Below are positions 1 through 9,639 of a DNA stretch of 64,000 nucleotides, piece by piece; positions within the stretch are counted from its first letter, which is position 1; each line of letters begins with the position of its first letter. Source of the stretch: an uncultured Alphaproteobacteria bacterium (lineage in GTDB: Bacteria > Pseudomonadota > Alphaproteobacteria > Rhizobiales > Xanthobacteraceae); assembly GCA_963845775.1 (NCBI GenBank), contig CAWJTE010000002.1, positions 81,808 through 145,807 on the forward strand, read 5' to 3'. Both the position numbers and the translations under genes were made by a program. Under the pieces are notes generated by a model, which did not search any database, was not told where the DNA came from, and was given only the letters and a program-made list of their open reading frames with translations.

Positions 1-268
1 TTTCGGACAGCCGCTGCAAGTCGCGATCGTAAGGAGCGGGTGCCGTTCTCACCAGCGCTTGCGTGGCTGGAGGCTGCCCTTGCGCCTGGGCGGGCGGGCC
101 TAGAATTGGCGGCTGGCCCGGTCGCGGCGGCGCCGGGAACGGCACTTGTGGCTGGGCGGGCCGCGCCGGCGGCTGGGGCTGCGGGGGCTGTTGAAAGAAG
201 CCTTGCGCGCCGGCGGACCCGCCAGCGAGACAGAGGCAAAGCGAAAGAACGATCGGGTATCGGCGCAT
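1..268 (-). CDS. Partial secreted Pro/Gln-rich protein. The N-terminal part lies in the window and the gene runs off the left edge. Possibly TIGR02301-like.
   Basis: Absent from the ORF track because it has no stop inside the window. The reverse-strand ATG at 268-266 is open for 89 codons down to position 1: MRRYPIVLSLCLCLAGGSAGAQGFFQQPPQPQPPARPAQPQVPFPAPP...APYDRDLQRLSE. It has a signal-peptide-like N-terminus followed by a P/Q low-complexity tract. The family name is from memory only. Confidence 0.45.
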   Translation of the reverse strand, partial: MRRYPIVLSLCLCLAGGSAGAQGFFQQPPQPQPPARPAQPQVPFPAPPRPGQPPILGPPAQAQGQPPATQALVRTAPAPYDRDLQRLSE

Positions 269-345
269 TGGATTTGCTGCAAGACCTACGCTGGCGTCGG
301 GCGGTCTGCCAAGCCGGTGAACGGGGCATGGTTGAGGCGCTAACC

Positions 346-798
346 TTACCGCCCCGCAACGCGCTCCCGGGCAGCGGCGACGATTTCGGCCAGTCCCTCC
401 GTTGTTTCCAGTTCGGGCAATTGCGACGGCATCAGCCACTGCGCCTCGGTCAATTCCTCGTTGAGAGCGACTTCGCCCGCGACCCAGCGCGCGGCGAATG
501 GCAAAATCACGAAATGCCGCTCAATCCGTCCGCCGTCATCGCGGGCGATCACCTGCCGATAGCCGGCCAGCGCCAGCGGCTCGATGTCGAGCCCGGTTTC
601 CTCGCGGACTTCGCGGATCACCGCCTGTTCGAGGGTTTCGCCCAGTTCGACACCGCCGCCCGGCAGCGTATAGAGGCCGCGCGCGGGCGGCTGAGCACGG
701 CGGACGATCAGCACGCGGTCGCCACGAAAAATCGCGGCACTGACCGCGAGATAAGGCCGCGTCGGATAATTGCGCGCTTGCGTGATGGTGCTGTTCAA
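346..798 (-). CDS. NUDIX hydrolase
   Basis: 150 aa with the Nudix box GGGVELGETLEQAVIREVREETG. Confidence 0.9.
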   Translation of the reverse strand: MNSTITQARNYPTRPYLAVSAAIFRGDRVLIVRRAQPPARGLYTLPGGGVELGETLEQAVIREVREETGLDIEPLALAGYRQVIARDDGGRIERHFVILPFAARWVAGEVALNEELTEAQWLMPSQLPELETTEGLAEIVAAARERVAGR

Positions 799-858
799 AA
801 GCCGATCCTATTTGGCTAATATCGCCACGATCGCTCGCGGTCGAAAGAGCTTACCCTA

Positions 859-1593
859 ATGTGCGCGCGTTATGTCATCACCTCGCCGGCTGCCGCGATC
901 CGGGCGCTGTTCGGTTACGCGGAGCAGCCCGATTTTCCGCCGCGCTACAACGTGGCGCCGACCCAACCGATCCCGGTCGTGCGGCTTGACGCCGGCAAGC
1001 GTTCGTTTGCGTTGCTGCGCTGGGGCTTCGTGCCCGCCTGGGTCAAAGATCCGCGAAACTTTTCGCTTCTTATCAACGCGCGTGGCGAAAGCGTGCTCGA
1101 CAAGCCCTCGTTTCGTAACGCCATGCGCCGGCGGCGTTGTCTTATTCCCGCCGACGGTTTTTATGAATGGCATGACGGCACGCCGCGGCGGCCGTATTTC
1201 GTCCGGGCCAGATCCGGCGCGCCGCTCGCTTTTGCCGGATTGTGGGAGACCTGGACCGGTCCCAACGGCGAGGAGATCAACTCCGCGGTCATCGTCACTA
1301 CGCAGGCGAACCGCACGCTCGCGGCAATTCACGGCCGCATGCCAGTGATCGTGATGCCGGAGGCGTTCGACTTCTGGCTCGATTGCGCCAAGGTTGACGC
1401 TACAACCGCCGCGGCGCTGATCGTGCCGGCCCCAGACGAGCGGCTCGAATGTTACGAAGTGTCGCCCGCGGTCAATCGCGTGGTGAACGATTTTCCCGAG
1501 CTGATCGCGCCGGCCCGGCCGGCCGGCGCCGGGGCCGCGCCGGCTGCGACGGCCAAGCGCAAAAAGGCCAACGATCAGCCGTCGCTGTTTTAG
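859..1593 (+). CDS. SOS response-associated peptidase (SRAP/YedK family, abasic-site DNA-protein crosslinking)
   Basis: Starts MCARY with the Cys2 nucleophile typical of SRAP. It also has RWGFVPAW and ADGFYEW motifs. It is divergent from the NUDIX gene. Confidence 0.88.
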   Translation: MCARYVITSPAAAIRALFGYAEQPDFPPRYNVAPTQPIPVVRLDAGKRSFALLRWGFVPAWVKDPRNFSLLINARGESVLDKPSFRNAMRRRRCLIPADGFYEWHDGTPRRPYFVRARSGAPLAFAGLWETWTGPNGEEINSAVIVTTQANRTLAAIHGRMPVIVMPEAFDFWLDCAKVDATTAAALIVPAPDERLECYEVSPAVNRVVNDFPELIAPARPAGAGAAPAATAKRKKANDQPSLF

Positions 1594-2840
1594 GAGGCCT
1601 GCGCCGGGCTGCGGTTGAATTCCGCGCGTGCCTTTGCCGCCCGGACTACCGGGATTTCGTGCGCGGCAAGCGGTTTCATCCATGATTTGCGCTTGAGCGC
1701 CGCGGCGATATGAGGCGTCAGTTCCTCGGCTTTGCGCTTCTCGCGCGCTGCGGCTTCTGCCTTGAATTCCGGCATGACTTCGGCCGCGAACAATTCAAGC
1801 GCCTCGCAGATGTGATCGTGGCGGTTTCGGCCGGCCTGTTGCAGGAAAATCACCTGATCGATGCCGTTATCCTGGAATCCTTTGAGATGGTTGCGCATAT
1901 CGGCGGGCTTGCCGATGCCGGAGGAATAGGCGCCGACGCGCTGTACCGCGGCGACTATCTCTTCGGTGCGGTTGCCGCGATCGCGCGTGAAATCGGCCCA
2001 CAGTGTGCTGCGTCCGGGCACGGCGTCGTGCGCGACCAGCGCATTGATGGCGTAGCCGAAGAATTCAAAGCCTTCGAGACCGCGGCGTATCGCTTCGGCG
2101 CGGTCATGGTGCACCGAGAAGCTCGATACCATCGCCAGATTGGCGTTGACCGAATGGCCAAGCGGCACGCAGGCTTCCGATTTGATGATGCCATAATAGA
2201 TGTCCGACCAGGCGCGCGCCTCTTGCGGATCGAGGAAGGAAAACGCGAGTGCACCAACGCCATTCTGCGCCGCGATCTTGATGGTGTCGCGATTGGTGCA
2301 GGCCATCCAGATCGGCGGATGCGGCGTCTGCACGGGTTTCGGCAGCACGTTGCGGCAGGGCATCGAGAAATATTGGCCCTCAAAGCCCGGATAAGGCTCC
2401 ATCGTCAGCATATTGGCGACCTGCTCGGCCGCTTCGAGCGCCATCGCGCGCTTTTCCTTGGCGGGAATTTTAAAACCGCCCAGCTCGAGTTTGGTGGCGC
2501 CTTCGCCGAAACCGAAATCGACGCGCCCGTCGGACATGATGTCGAGGGTGGCGAGACATTCGGCGGTCCGCGCCGGGTGATTGTAATTGGGGATCACCTG
2601 CCGGATGCCGTGGCCGAGACGAATGGATTTGGTGCGCGCGGCGGCCGCAGCGAGGAAAACTTCCGGTGCCGATGAATGCGAATATTCCTCGAGGAAATGG
2701 TGCTCCACCTCCCAGGCATAGTCGTAGCCCAGCCGGTCCGCCAACTCGACCTGTTCAAGCGCATGATGGAAGAGATCGCGTTCGTCGCCCTTGTTCCAGG
2801 GCCGCGGCAGCTGGTGTTCGTAGAAAACGCCAAAGCGCAT
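1590..2840 (-). CDS. LLM-class (luciferase-like) flavin-dependent oxidoreductase
   Basis: MRFGVFYEHQLPRPW... is a typical LLM N-terminus. I prefer the ATG at 2840 because GGAGGA lies 4-5 nt upstream. The ORF-track start at 2909 is an alternative. Confidence 0.85.
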   Translation of the reverse strand: MRFGVFYEHQLPRPWNKGDERDLFHHALEQVELADRLGYDYAWEVEHHFLEEYSHSSAPEVFLAAAAARTKSIRLGHGIRQVIPNYNHPARTAECLATLDIMSDGRVDFGFGEGATKLELGGFKIPAKEKRAMALEAAEQVANMLTMEPYPGFEGQYFSMPCRNVLPKPVQTPHPPIWMACTNRDTIKIAAQNGVGALAFSFLDPQEARAWSDIYYGIIKSEACVPLGHSVNANLAMVSSFSVHHDRAEAIRRGLEGFEFFGYAINALVAHDAVPGRSTLWADFTRDRGNRTEEIVAAVQRVGAYSSGIGKPADMRNHLKGFQDNGIDQVIFLQQAGRNRHDHICEALELFAAEVMPEFKAEAAAREKRKAEELTPHIAAALKRKSWMKPLAAHEIPVVRAAKARAEFNRSPAQAS

Positions 2841-2949
2841 CTCATCCTCCCCGGCACGCGTTTTTCTTTGCGGACTGTAATCCGCCGTCGCGTTCGCTGT
2901 CGAGGACATCGCACGCCGGTTCCGTCCGGCCAGCCGCGATGCGGCGGTG

Positions 2950-3180
2950 CTAGTCGCGCCAGAATGGCCGTGCCGCCCAATCGCGGGCGTCGCCGGCGGT
3001 CACGCCGATGTCGGCCGCGGCGCGATGATCGATCGCCATGTAATCGAGAAGTTCCTGATGTTGCCGCCGGCGCGCGAGCCAGGCCCGCACCGTCGCGGCG
3101 GCACGGTCGAAAAGTCTGCGCCAGGAAATCTGCTTAGGTCCGGCAAGCGCGACCGATTCGCGGTGCAGATAATGAGTCAT
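2950..3180 (-). CDS. DUF1127 small protein
   Basis: The C-terminus ...RRRQHQELLDYMAIDHRAAADIGVTAGDARDWAARPFWRD fits the DUF1127 pattern (R-x-L-x-x-L-x-D-x-x-L-x-DIG ... KPFW). The ATG at 3180 is preceded by GGAG. Confidence 0.75.
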   Translation of the reverse strand: MTHYLHRESVALAGPKQISWRRLFDRAAATVRAWLARRRQHQELLDYMAIDHRAAADIGVTAGDARDWAARPFWRD

Positions 3181-3423
3181 GACGGTGCGCTCCAAAAGGA
3201 CCATCCAGGGCGATTCTTCCCCAGTCAGCTATTTGGCGCGACCCGATTTCTACGCGCGGCCGAGTTTGGTCGGAGGAGACGGTTTCAAGATTCGCATTGC
3301 AGCGCGAAACTTGACTGTTACATACACGAAGTTGTCGGACAATATAATGACGAAGGTTGTGCATGACGCACAAATTTCGTGCCGGACGGTTAGGCAGTCG
3401 GATTAAACGGTGTGCGCGCCGGC

Positions 3424-4884
3424 TTAAGAATCGCGCGCCAGTACTTTCCCCGGATTAAGAATGTCTTTTGGATCAAGCAGCCGTTTGAGGCTTTTCATCA
3501 GTTCATATGCCACCGGGTCCTTCACCGTAGGCAATAGATCTCGCTTGACCACGCCAACGCCGTGTTCCGCCGAAATCGAGCCGCCGTACTTTTTCACCAC
3601 CGCGAAGATAGCAGCGTTCATCGCGTCCCAGTGCTTGAGATAATCGGCTTTATCGGCGCCCTCCGGCTGCAGGACGTTGTAGTGGATGTTGCCGTCGCCA
3701 AGATGGCCGAACGGCATCGGCCGCGCGCCCGGCACGAGCGCAATCGCCGCTTCACGCGCGTCGTTGAGGAATGCCGGCACGGCTACTACCGGCACCGAAA
3801 CGTCGTGCTTGATCGAGCCGCCGGCGTGGCGCTGCGCTTCGCCGAGCATCTCGCGGATGCGCCAGAACACTTTCGATTGCTCGATGCTGTCGGCGATGGC
3901 GGCGTCGGCGATAAGACCTTGCTGCAACGCTTGCGCCAGTACCGCCTCGATCACCTCGCGCAATCCGTCGGCGCGCTGCGATGAAAGCTCGATCAGCACA
4001 TACCACGCATGCGGCTTGGCCAGCGGATCGCGCAGCCCGGAACCGTAGCGGAGCGCCAATTCCAGCCCGAGCCGGGGCATCAGTTCGTAGCTGGTGACGC
4101 CGCCGCCGGTGCGCTCGGCGGCGATCGTCAGCAGCGCCAGCGCCGCTTCCGGCGACGGCACGGCGACGAACGCGGTTTCGATCGCACGCGGCCGCGGCAC
4201 CAGCCGAAGCACCGCGGCGGTGATCACACCCAACGTTCCCTCGGCGCCGATGAAAAGGTTTTTCAGATCGTAGCCGGTGTTGTCCTTTTTCAGTTTGTTC
4301 AGGTCGTTCAGAATGCGTCCGTCGGCCAGCACCACTTCTATGCCGAGAACGTGCGCGCGGGTGACGCCGTGCGCAAGCGCGGCAGTGCCGCCGGCATTGG
4401 TCGAGAGGTTGCCGCCGATGGTGCAAGTGCCCTCCGACGGCAGCAATTGCGGATAGAGCCGGTCAGCGGCGGTGGCGGCTTCGCGCGCGCGCTGCAGGGT
4501 GACGCCGGCTTCGCAGGTCATGGTATTCGACGTCGGATCGACTTCGCGGATGCGGTCGAGGCGGTTGAGCGAAAGGACGATCTCGTTGTTGATCGGGGTC
4601 TGTCCGCCGACCAGGCCGGTGTTGCCGCCCTGCGGCACGACCGGGGTCGCCGTGTCGTTGGCGAGTTTGAGAATGGCCGCGACCTCCGCGACCGAGCCCG
4701 GACGCAACACCAGCGGCGTGCGCCCGGCAAACATGTCGCGCCTCTCCTCCACATAGGGCGCCTGCATCTGCGGATCAGTGATGGCATATTTGTCGCCGAC
4801 GATCGCGGCGAAGCGCTTGAGCAGCGCCGGGTCGATTGTGCTGGGCGGTTTATCGAGCATTGGAGACGTCCATCGGGCCTCCAT
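3424..4884 (-). CDS. FAD-linked oxidase (GlcD / D-lactate or D-2-hydroxyacid dehydrogenase family)
   Basis: 486 aa. It has an FAD_binding_4-type N-terminal half (PVVPQGGNTGLVGGQTP) and the C-terminal motif GGSISAEHGVGVVKRD. Confidence 0.88.
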   Translation of the reverse strand: MEARWTSPMLDKPPSTIDPALLKRFAAIVGDKYAITDPQMQAPYVEERRDMFAGRTPLVLRPGSVAEVAAILKLANDTATPVVPQGGNTGLVGGQTPINNEIVLSLNRLDRIREVDPTSNTMTCEAGVTLQRAREAATAADRLYPQLLPSEGTCTIGGNLSTNAGGTAALAHGVTRAHVLGIEVVLADGRILNDLNKLKKDNTGYDLKNLFIGAEGTLGVITAAVLRLVPRPRAIETAFVAVPSPEAALALLTIAAERTGGGVTSYELMPRLGLELALRYGSGLRDPLAKPHAWYVLIELSSQRADGLREVIEAVLAQALQQGLIADAAIADSIEQSKVFWRIREMLGEAQRHAGGSIKHDVSVPVVAVPAFLNDAREAAIALVPGARPMPFGHLGDGNIHYNVLQPEGADKADYLKHWDAMNAAIFAVVKKYGGSISAEHGVGVVKRDLLPTVKDPVAYELMKSLKRLLDPKDILNPGKVLARDS

Positions 4885-4917
4885 TAAATAGGCCAGATTG
4901 CCGGCGGCTGCATCAGG

Positions 4918-5901
4918 TTATCGCCCAGCGGCGGCGCGGGCGAGCCGATCGTTGATGGCTTCGCCGAGGCCGTCGCCGGGAACCGGCATGACCGCAATCG
5001 CGCTCGCGCCGGCACCGTCAAGCGCGCGCAGATGCGCAAACAGATTGGCCGCCGCCTCGATCAGGTCGCCGCGCGGGGACAGGTTCAGCACCGTCTTGGC
5101 GCGCGCCGCGTCCGCCGGCGATACCGAACCAAACGCAAGCAGCGCTTCGCCGAGCTCGGGGTGTTCGGCATGAAGGCGCAGCCGCGTCCGCGGCGCGTAA
5201 TGGGTCGCCAGCATGCCGGGTGATAGCGGCGCGTCGTGTGCGCCGGCGGGCGGGGCGGTGGCCAGTTTTCGCTCGAGCACGCGCTCGATCGCGGTGCGCG
5301 GCAATCCGCCCGACCGTAACAGCATCGGCTCGCCGAGGCAGGCGACGATCGTGGATTCCACGCCGACCGGCGTCGGGCCGCCATCGACAATGAAATTGAT
5401 GCGCCCGCCGAGATCGGCAAGCACGTGCGCGGCGGTGGTCGGCGAGACGTGACCGGAGCGATTGGCCGAGGGCGCCGCGATCGTGCCGCCAAAGGACTTG
5501 AGGATGGCGCGCGCGACCGGATGATTCGGCATCCGCACCGCGAGCGTGTCGAGGCCGGCTGAGACAAGCTCGGCGGCCGGACACGTGGCCGCTTTGGGAA
5601 GCACCAGCGTCAGCGGTCCCGGCCAGAACGCCGTGGCGAGCGCCGCCGCGGCATCGTCGAAGGTAACCAGCTCCTTCGCCGCCGGCACATCGGGGACGTG
5701 GGCGATCAGCGGATTGAAGGCCGGCCGGCCCTTGGCGTCGTAAAGCCGAGCGATTGCCTCGCCGTTCGTCGCGTCGGCGCCGAGCCCATAGACCGTCTCG
5801 GTCGGGAATGCGACTAGGCCGCCGGCGATAAGAACACGCGCCGCCTCTGCGGTCGCTTCCGCCTCGGCCTTCGCAACCCGTGTCGCCAAGAGTGTCGTCA
5901 T
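4918..5901 (-). CDS. tsaC: L-threonylcarbamoyladenylate synthase, long Sua5/YwlC type
   Basis: 327 aa with a YrdC-like N-domain (GGLVAFPTETVYGLGADA, APSANRSGHVSPT) and a Sua5 C-domain. Confidence 0.9.
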   Translation of the reverse strand: MTTLLATRVAKAEAEATAEAARVLIAGGLVAFPTETVYGLGADATNGEAIARLYDAKGRPAFNPLIAHVPDVPAAKELVTFDDAAAALATAFWPGPLTLVLPKAATCPAAELVSAGLDTLAVRMPNHPVARAILKSFGGTIAAPSANRSGHVSPTTAAHVLADLGGRINFIVDGGPTPVGVESTIVACLGEPMLLRSGGLPRTAIERVLERKLATAPPAGAHDAPLSPGMLATHYAPRTRLRLHAEHPELGEALLAFGSVSPADAARAKTVLNLSPRGDLIEAAANLFAHLRALDGAGASAIAVMPVPGDGLGEAINDRLARAAAGR

Positions 5902-5923
5902 TGCGTAAAGAGTGTCGTCATTG
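5888..5923. repeat. Tandem direct repeat (16-nt unit, 20-nt period) spanning the tsaC start codon
   Basis: AAGAGTGTCGTCATTG occurs at 5888-5903 and again at 5908-5923. Confidence 0.9.
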
Positions 5924-6068
5924 TCTGCCTAAACGCAGCCGGCGCGGGCTCGCGAAGTGTCGATTTGTGCCGCCTTCGACCCTACACCAGTCGGATGGAT
6001 TGCCGCCGCCGATTAAGGCATAACGTTTGTGCGCAGATAAAAACAAATGCAACAGTGGAAGTGTCCGG

Positions 6069-8252
6069 ATGTCGGGTGTTGAGCGCGTATCCGTCGCGGG
6101 TCTTAAAGTCGCAAAAGTCTTGCATGATTTCGTGGTCAACGAGGTCATCCCCGGTACCGGCATAACCGCCGAGGCATTTTGGCAAGGTCTCGCCGATATC
6201 GTTCACCGCTTTGGTCCGATCAACCGCGCGCTGTTGCAGCACCGTGACGAGCTGCAAGCCAAAATCGATGCATATTACCGTGAGCGGCGCGGCCGTCCGC
6301 TCGATGAGGCGGCCGACAGGGCGTTCCTCACCGACATCGGCTATCTCGTGCCGGAAGGACCGGCCTTCGCGGTCAACACCGCCAATGTCGACGGCGAGAT
6401 CGCTACGGTCGCGGGGCCGCAGCTGGTAGTACCCCTCAGCAATGCGCGCTACGCGCTCAACGCGGCCAACGCGCGCTGGGGCTCGCTCTACGACGCGCTC
6501 TACGGTTCCGACGCCATCCCGCGCGCCCCCAAGGCGCAAAGCAAAGGCTACGATCCGGCGCGCGGCAAACGCGTCATCGCCTGGGCGCGAAATTTCCTCG
6601 ACCAGAGCGTGCCGCTCGTCTCCGGGAAGCACGAAAATGTCACGAGCTATGCGATCAAGGGCGGCGAGCTTGAAGCCAGGCTCAGCGATAGCGCCATTGT
6701 TGGATTGGCGGACAGCAAGCAATTGCGTGGCTATCGTGGCCGGCCGGACGCGCCGGAGGCGATCCTTCTGGTCAACAACGGCCTGCACATCGAGTTGGTG
6801 ATTGACCGCAAACATCCGGTCGGCCGCGACGATGCCGCCGGCGTTGCCGACGTCGTGCTCGAAGCCGCGCTCACCACCATCATGGATCTGGAGGATTCGA
6901 TTGCCGCGGTCGATCCGTTCGACAAGGTTGCTGCCTATCGCAATTGGCTCGGGCTGAGCCGCCAGACGCTTGCCGAGACCTTCCAGAAGGACGGCAAGTC
7001 GCTCACGCGCAAGCTCGCCGCGGATCGCACCTTCACCAAGCCCGACGGTGGCACGCTGGCGCTGCCGGGGCGGAGCGTGATGCTGATCCGCAATGTCGGT
7101 CATCTGATGACCGACGAAGGCGTGCTCGACCGTGATGGACATTCGGCGCCGGAAGGCGTGCTCGACGGCGCGATCACCAGCCTGATCGCGCTGCACGATC
7201 TCAAGGGCCACGACGGTCCGCGCAACAGCCGCGCCGGTTCGATCTATATCGTCAAGCCGAAGATGCACGGACCGGACGAGGTCAGATTCGCCAACGATCT
7301 GTTCGCGGCCATCGAAGACATGCTCGGGCTTGCGCGCAACACGATCAAGCTCGGCCTGATGGACGAGGAGCGGCGAACGACGGTCAACCTCAAGGAATGT
7401 ATCCGCAGCGTGCAATCGCGGGTGTTCTTCATCAACACTGGCTTCCTCGACCGCACCGGCGATGAAATTCACACCGCCATGGGCGCGGGACCGATGGTGC
7501 GCAAGGCCGCCATGCGCACGCAGCCGTGGCTGAAAGCTTATGAGGACTCGAACGTCGATATTGGCCTTGCCTGCGGGCTGCCCGGCCACGCCCAGATCGG
7601 CAAAGGCATGTGGACCATGGCCGACCTGATGGCGCCGATGCTGGAGCAGAAAATCGCCCAGCCGCAGGCCGGCGCCAGCACCGCCTGGGTGCCGTCGCCA
7701 ACCGCGGCGACGTTGCATGCGACGCACTACCACGAGGTCAACGTCTTTAAGCGGCAGCGCGAGCTCGCCTCTCGCCCGCGCGCGAGCCTCGACGCGATCC
7801 TCACCGTTCCAGTCGCGCGTGGCGTCAACTGGTCGCCGGACGAGGTGCAGCAGGAGCTCGACAACAACGCGCAGGGCATTCTCGGCTATGTCGTGCGCTG
7901 GGTCGAGCAGGGCATCGGCTGCTCCAAGGTGCCCGACATCAACAACGTCGCGCTGATGGAAGACCGCGCGACCTTGCGCATCTCGAGCCAGCACATCGCC
8001 AACTGGCTGCACCACGGCATCACCACCGAGCGGCAGGTGATGGAGACGCTCAAGCGCATGGCGGCCGTGGTCGACAAGCAGAATGCCGACGATCCGCACT
8101 ATGCGCCGATGGCGCCGGACTTCGACAAATCGATTGCGTTCGCTGCCGCCTGCGATCTGGTGTTCAAGGGCACCGCACAGCCGAACGGCTATACCGAGCC
8201 GATCCTGCATGCGCGCCGGGCGGAATTTAAGCGCAACAAGGGGCTGCAATAG
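6069..8252 (+). CDS. glcB: Malate synthase G
   Basis: About 727 aa from [32 protein letters not shown], with full-length malate synthase G character. The 789-aa antisense ORF is a GC shadow. Confidence 0.93.
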   Translation: MSGVERVSVAGLKVAKVLHDFVVNEVIPGTGITAEAFWQGLADIVHRFGPINRALLQHRDELQAKIDAYYRERRGRPLDEAADRAFLTDIGYLVPEGPAFAVNTANVDGEIATVAGPQLVVPLSNARYALNAANARWGSLYDALYGSDAIPRAPKAQSKGYDPARGKRVIAWARNFLDQSVPLVSGKHENVTSYAIKGGELEARLSDSAIVGLADSKQLRGYRGRPDAPEAILLVNNGLHIELVIDRKHPVGRDDAAGVADVVLEAALTTIMDLEDSIAAVDPFDKVAAYRNWLGLSRQTLAETFQKDGKSLTRKLAADRTFTKPDGGTLALPGRSVMLIRNVGHLMTDEGVLDRDGHSAPEGVLDGAITSLIALHDLKGHDGPRNSRAGSIYIVKPKMHGPDEVRFANDLFAAIEDMLGLARNTIKLGLMDEERRTTVNLKECIRSVQSRVFFINTGFLDRTGDEIHTAMGAGPMVRKAAMRTQPWLKAYEDSNVDIGLACGLPGHAQIGKGMWTMADLMAPMLEQKIAQPQAGASTAWVPSPTAATLHATHYHEVNVFKRQRELASRPRASLDAILTVPVARGVNWSPDEVQQELDNNAQGILGYVVRWVEQGIGCSKVPDINNVALMEDRATLRISSQHIANWLHHGITTERQVMETLKRMAAVVDKQNADDPHYAPMAPDFDKSIAFAAACDLVFKGTAQPNGYTEPILHARRAEFKRNKGLQ

Positions 8253-8323
8253 CGGCCCGGATCGGCAGGAAAGCCGAACGCTTGCGGCCACGTGGTACGG
8301 CTTGTATAAGCGCCGCCTTATGT

Positions 8324-8400
8324 CGGAGTGTAGCGCAGTCTGGTAGCGCACCTCGTTCGGGACGAGGGGGTCGCAGGTTCAAATCCTGCCACTCCGACCA
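8324..8400 (+). tRNA. tRNA-Pro (anticodon CGG)
   Basis: Hand-folded 77-nt cloverleaf: acceptor CGGAGTG/CACTCCG, D-stem GCGC/GCGC, anticodon stem CCTCG/CGAGG with loop TTCGGGA, T-arm GCAGG-TTCAAAT-CCTGC, and an encoded CCA. Confidence 0.93.
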
Positions 8401-8426
8401 TTCAACAAGCCGCGCTAAATCCCGCG

Positions 8427-9623
8427 CTAATGACTAGTGGCGGCGAAATCCTGCATCACCGTCGATTTGACGACCCGCGCCTTGCGCGTGGTGCTGGGCG
8501 TATTGCGGCTCCTCCCGACGAAGCGCGGCACGCCTGCGCTCACCACCGCGCCGATCGCCGCGATATCGCCGTGCTTGATCGCGGCGAGCGCGGTTTTCTG
8601 TGTGCCGCCGTCGGGCGCGTCGATCAGCACGATGTCGCCTGACTTGCCGGCGGCGAGGTAGCCGGAATCGAGGCCGTAGACGCGCGCATTGCTGCCGGTC
8701 GCCGCGCAGATGAAGCGCTCGGGCGGCATGTCGGTCAAGCTCGCGCAATGCGCGATGGTGTAGAGCATGCCGAGCGGCATGACGCCGGAGCCGGTCGGCG
8801 TGTCGGTCGCGATGATGAAGCGGTCGAAGGCGCCGAGCTGGTCGGCGAGCCGCGCGCACAAAAGCGCCGTACGCAAATTGCCGGCGGTGCAGACCTGCAG
8901 CGCGATCGCGCTTTCCCTGATCACCCGCTCGAAGTCGGCGTCCGGCATCGCCGTCGGGCCGCCGTTGATATGGAATGAAACGTGTGGATGCATGGCGAGC
9001 AGATGATCGCCGGTGATGGCGCCTGAGCCCGGTATTGACGAGCCGCCGGTGTGGCAGGTGGTGATCAGGCCGGCGGCCTTGGCGTCGCGCACCAGCGGCA
9101 CGTAATCGTAGGCGGTCTTGACCGCGCCGAAGCCGGCTTTGGCGAGCTTGACGCCCTTGCCGGTGAGTTCCTTGAAGTCGGCGGCGGTCAGCCCCGGCTC
9201 GAGGATCACCGAGCCGGCGATTACCTTCATGCCGCGTGGCCGGTAGGTGGCGAAACAGCGCTGCGCGGCGACCGCTAGTGCCTTGACGCCTTCGGGATCG
9301 CTGGGGCGGCCCGGCACATGCACCTCGGAGGCGGATATGGCGGTGGTGGTGCCGCCATGCAGATAGCTTTCCAGATAGCCGACCGTGCGCTGCCGCGGCG
9401 TGTAGTCGCCGAAGGTGATGTGCACGTGCGAGTCGATCAGGCCGGGGATTGCGGTCATGCCGCCGGCGTCGATCACCACGTCGGCGCCTTCGATGTCCTT
9501 CGCCGCGGCGGTGCCGACTTTCGCCAGCTTGTCGCCGTCAGTGAGGATGACGTCGCCGGCAACGAACGGGTTGCGCCAGTCGCCGGAAACGATCTGTCCG
9601 AGATTGACGATGGCGATTTTCAC
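8427..9623 (-). CDS. Metal-dependent amidohydrolase (enamidase-like / cyclic amidase family)
   Basis: 398 aa. It has an amidohydrolase N-terminus with the metal-ligand motif GLIDSHVHITFGD. Confidence 0.8.
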   Translation of the reverse strand: MKIAIVNLGQIVSGDWRNPFVAGDVILTDGDKLAKVGTAAAKDIEGADVVIDAGGMTAIPGLIDSHVHITFGDYTPRQRTVGYLESYLHGGTTTAISASEVHVPGRPSDPEGVKALAVAAQRCFATYRPRGMKVIAGSVILEPGLTAADFKELTGKGVKLAKAGFGAVKTAYDYVPLVRDAKAAGLITTCHTGGSSIPGSGAITGDHLLAMHPHVSFHINGGPTAMPDADFERVIRESAIALQVCTAGNLRTALLCARLADQLGAFDRFIIATDTPTGSGVMPLGMLYTIAHCASLTDMPPERFICAATGSNARVYGLDSGYLAAGKSGDIVLIDAPDGGTQKTALAAIKHGDIAAIGAVVSAGVPRFVGRSRNTPSTTRKARVVKSTVMQDFAATSH

Positions 9624-9639
9624 CGCGGCGCCCCGGGCG

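Noticed and set aside
40-819. 259-aa + strand ORF at the left edge
   Set aside because: It overlaps the NUDIX gene in antisense, and it overlaps the partial Pro-rich secreted gene. It has low-complexity A/G/R content and no motif.
5982-8351. 789-aa ORF on the - strand, the longest ORF in this part of the track
   Set aside because: It is exactly antisense to malate synthase G. Its product is Arg/Gly/Ala/Val-rich with no motif, which is the typical open shadow frame of GC-rich DNA. The + strand product has full-length GlcB character.
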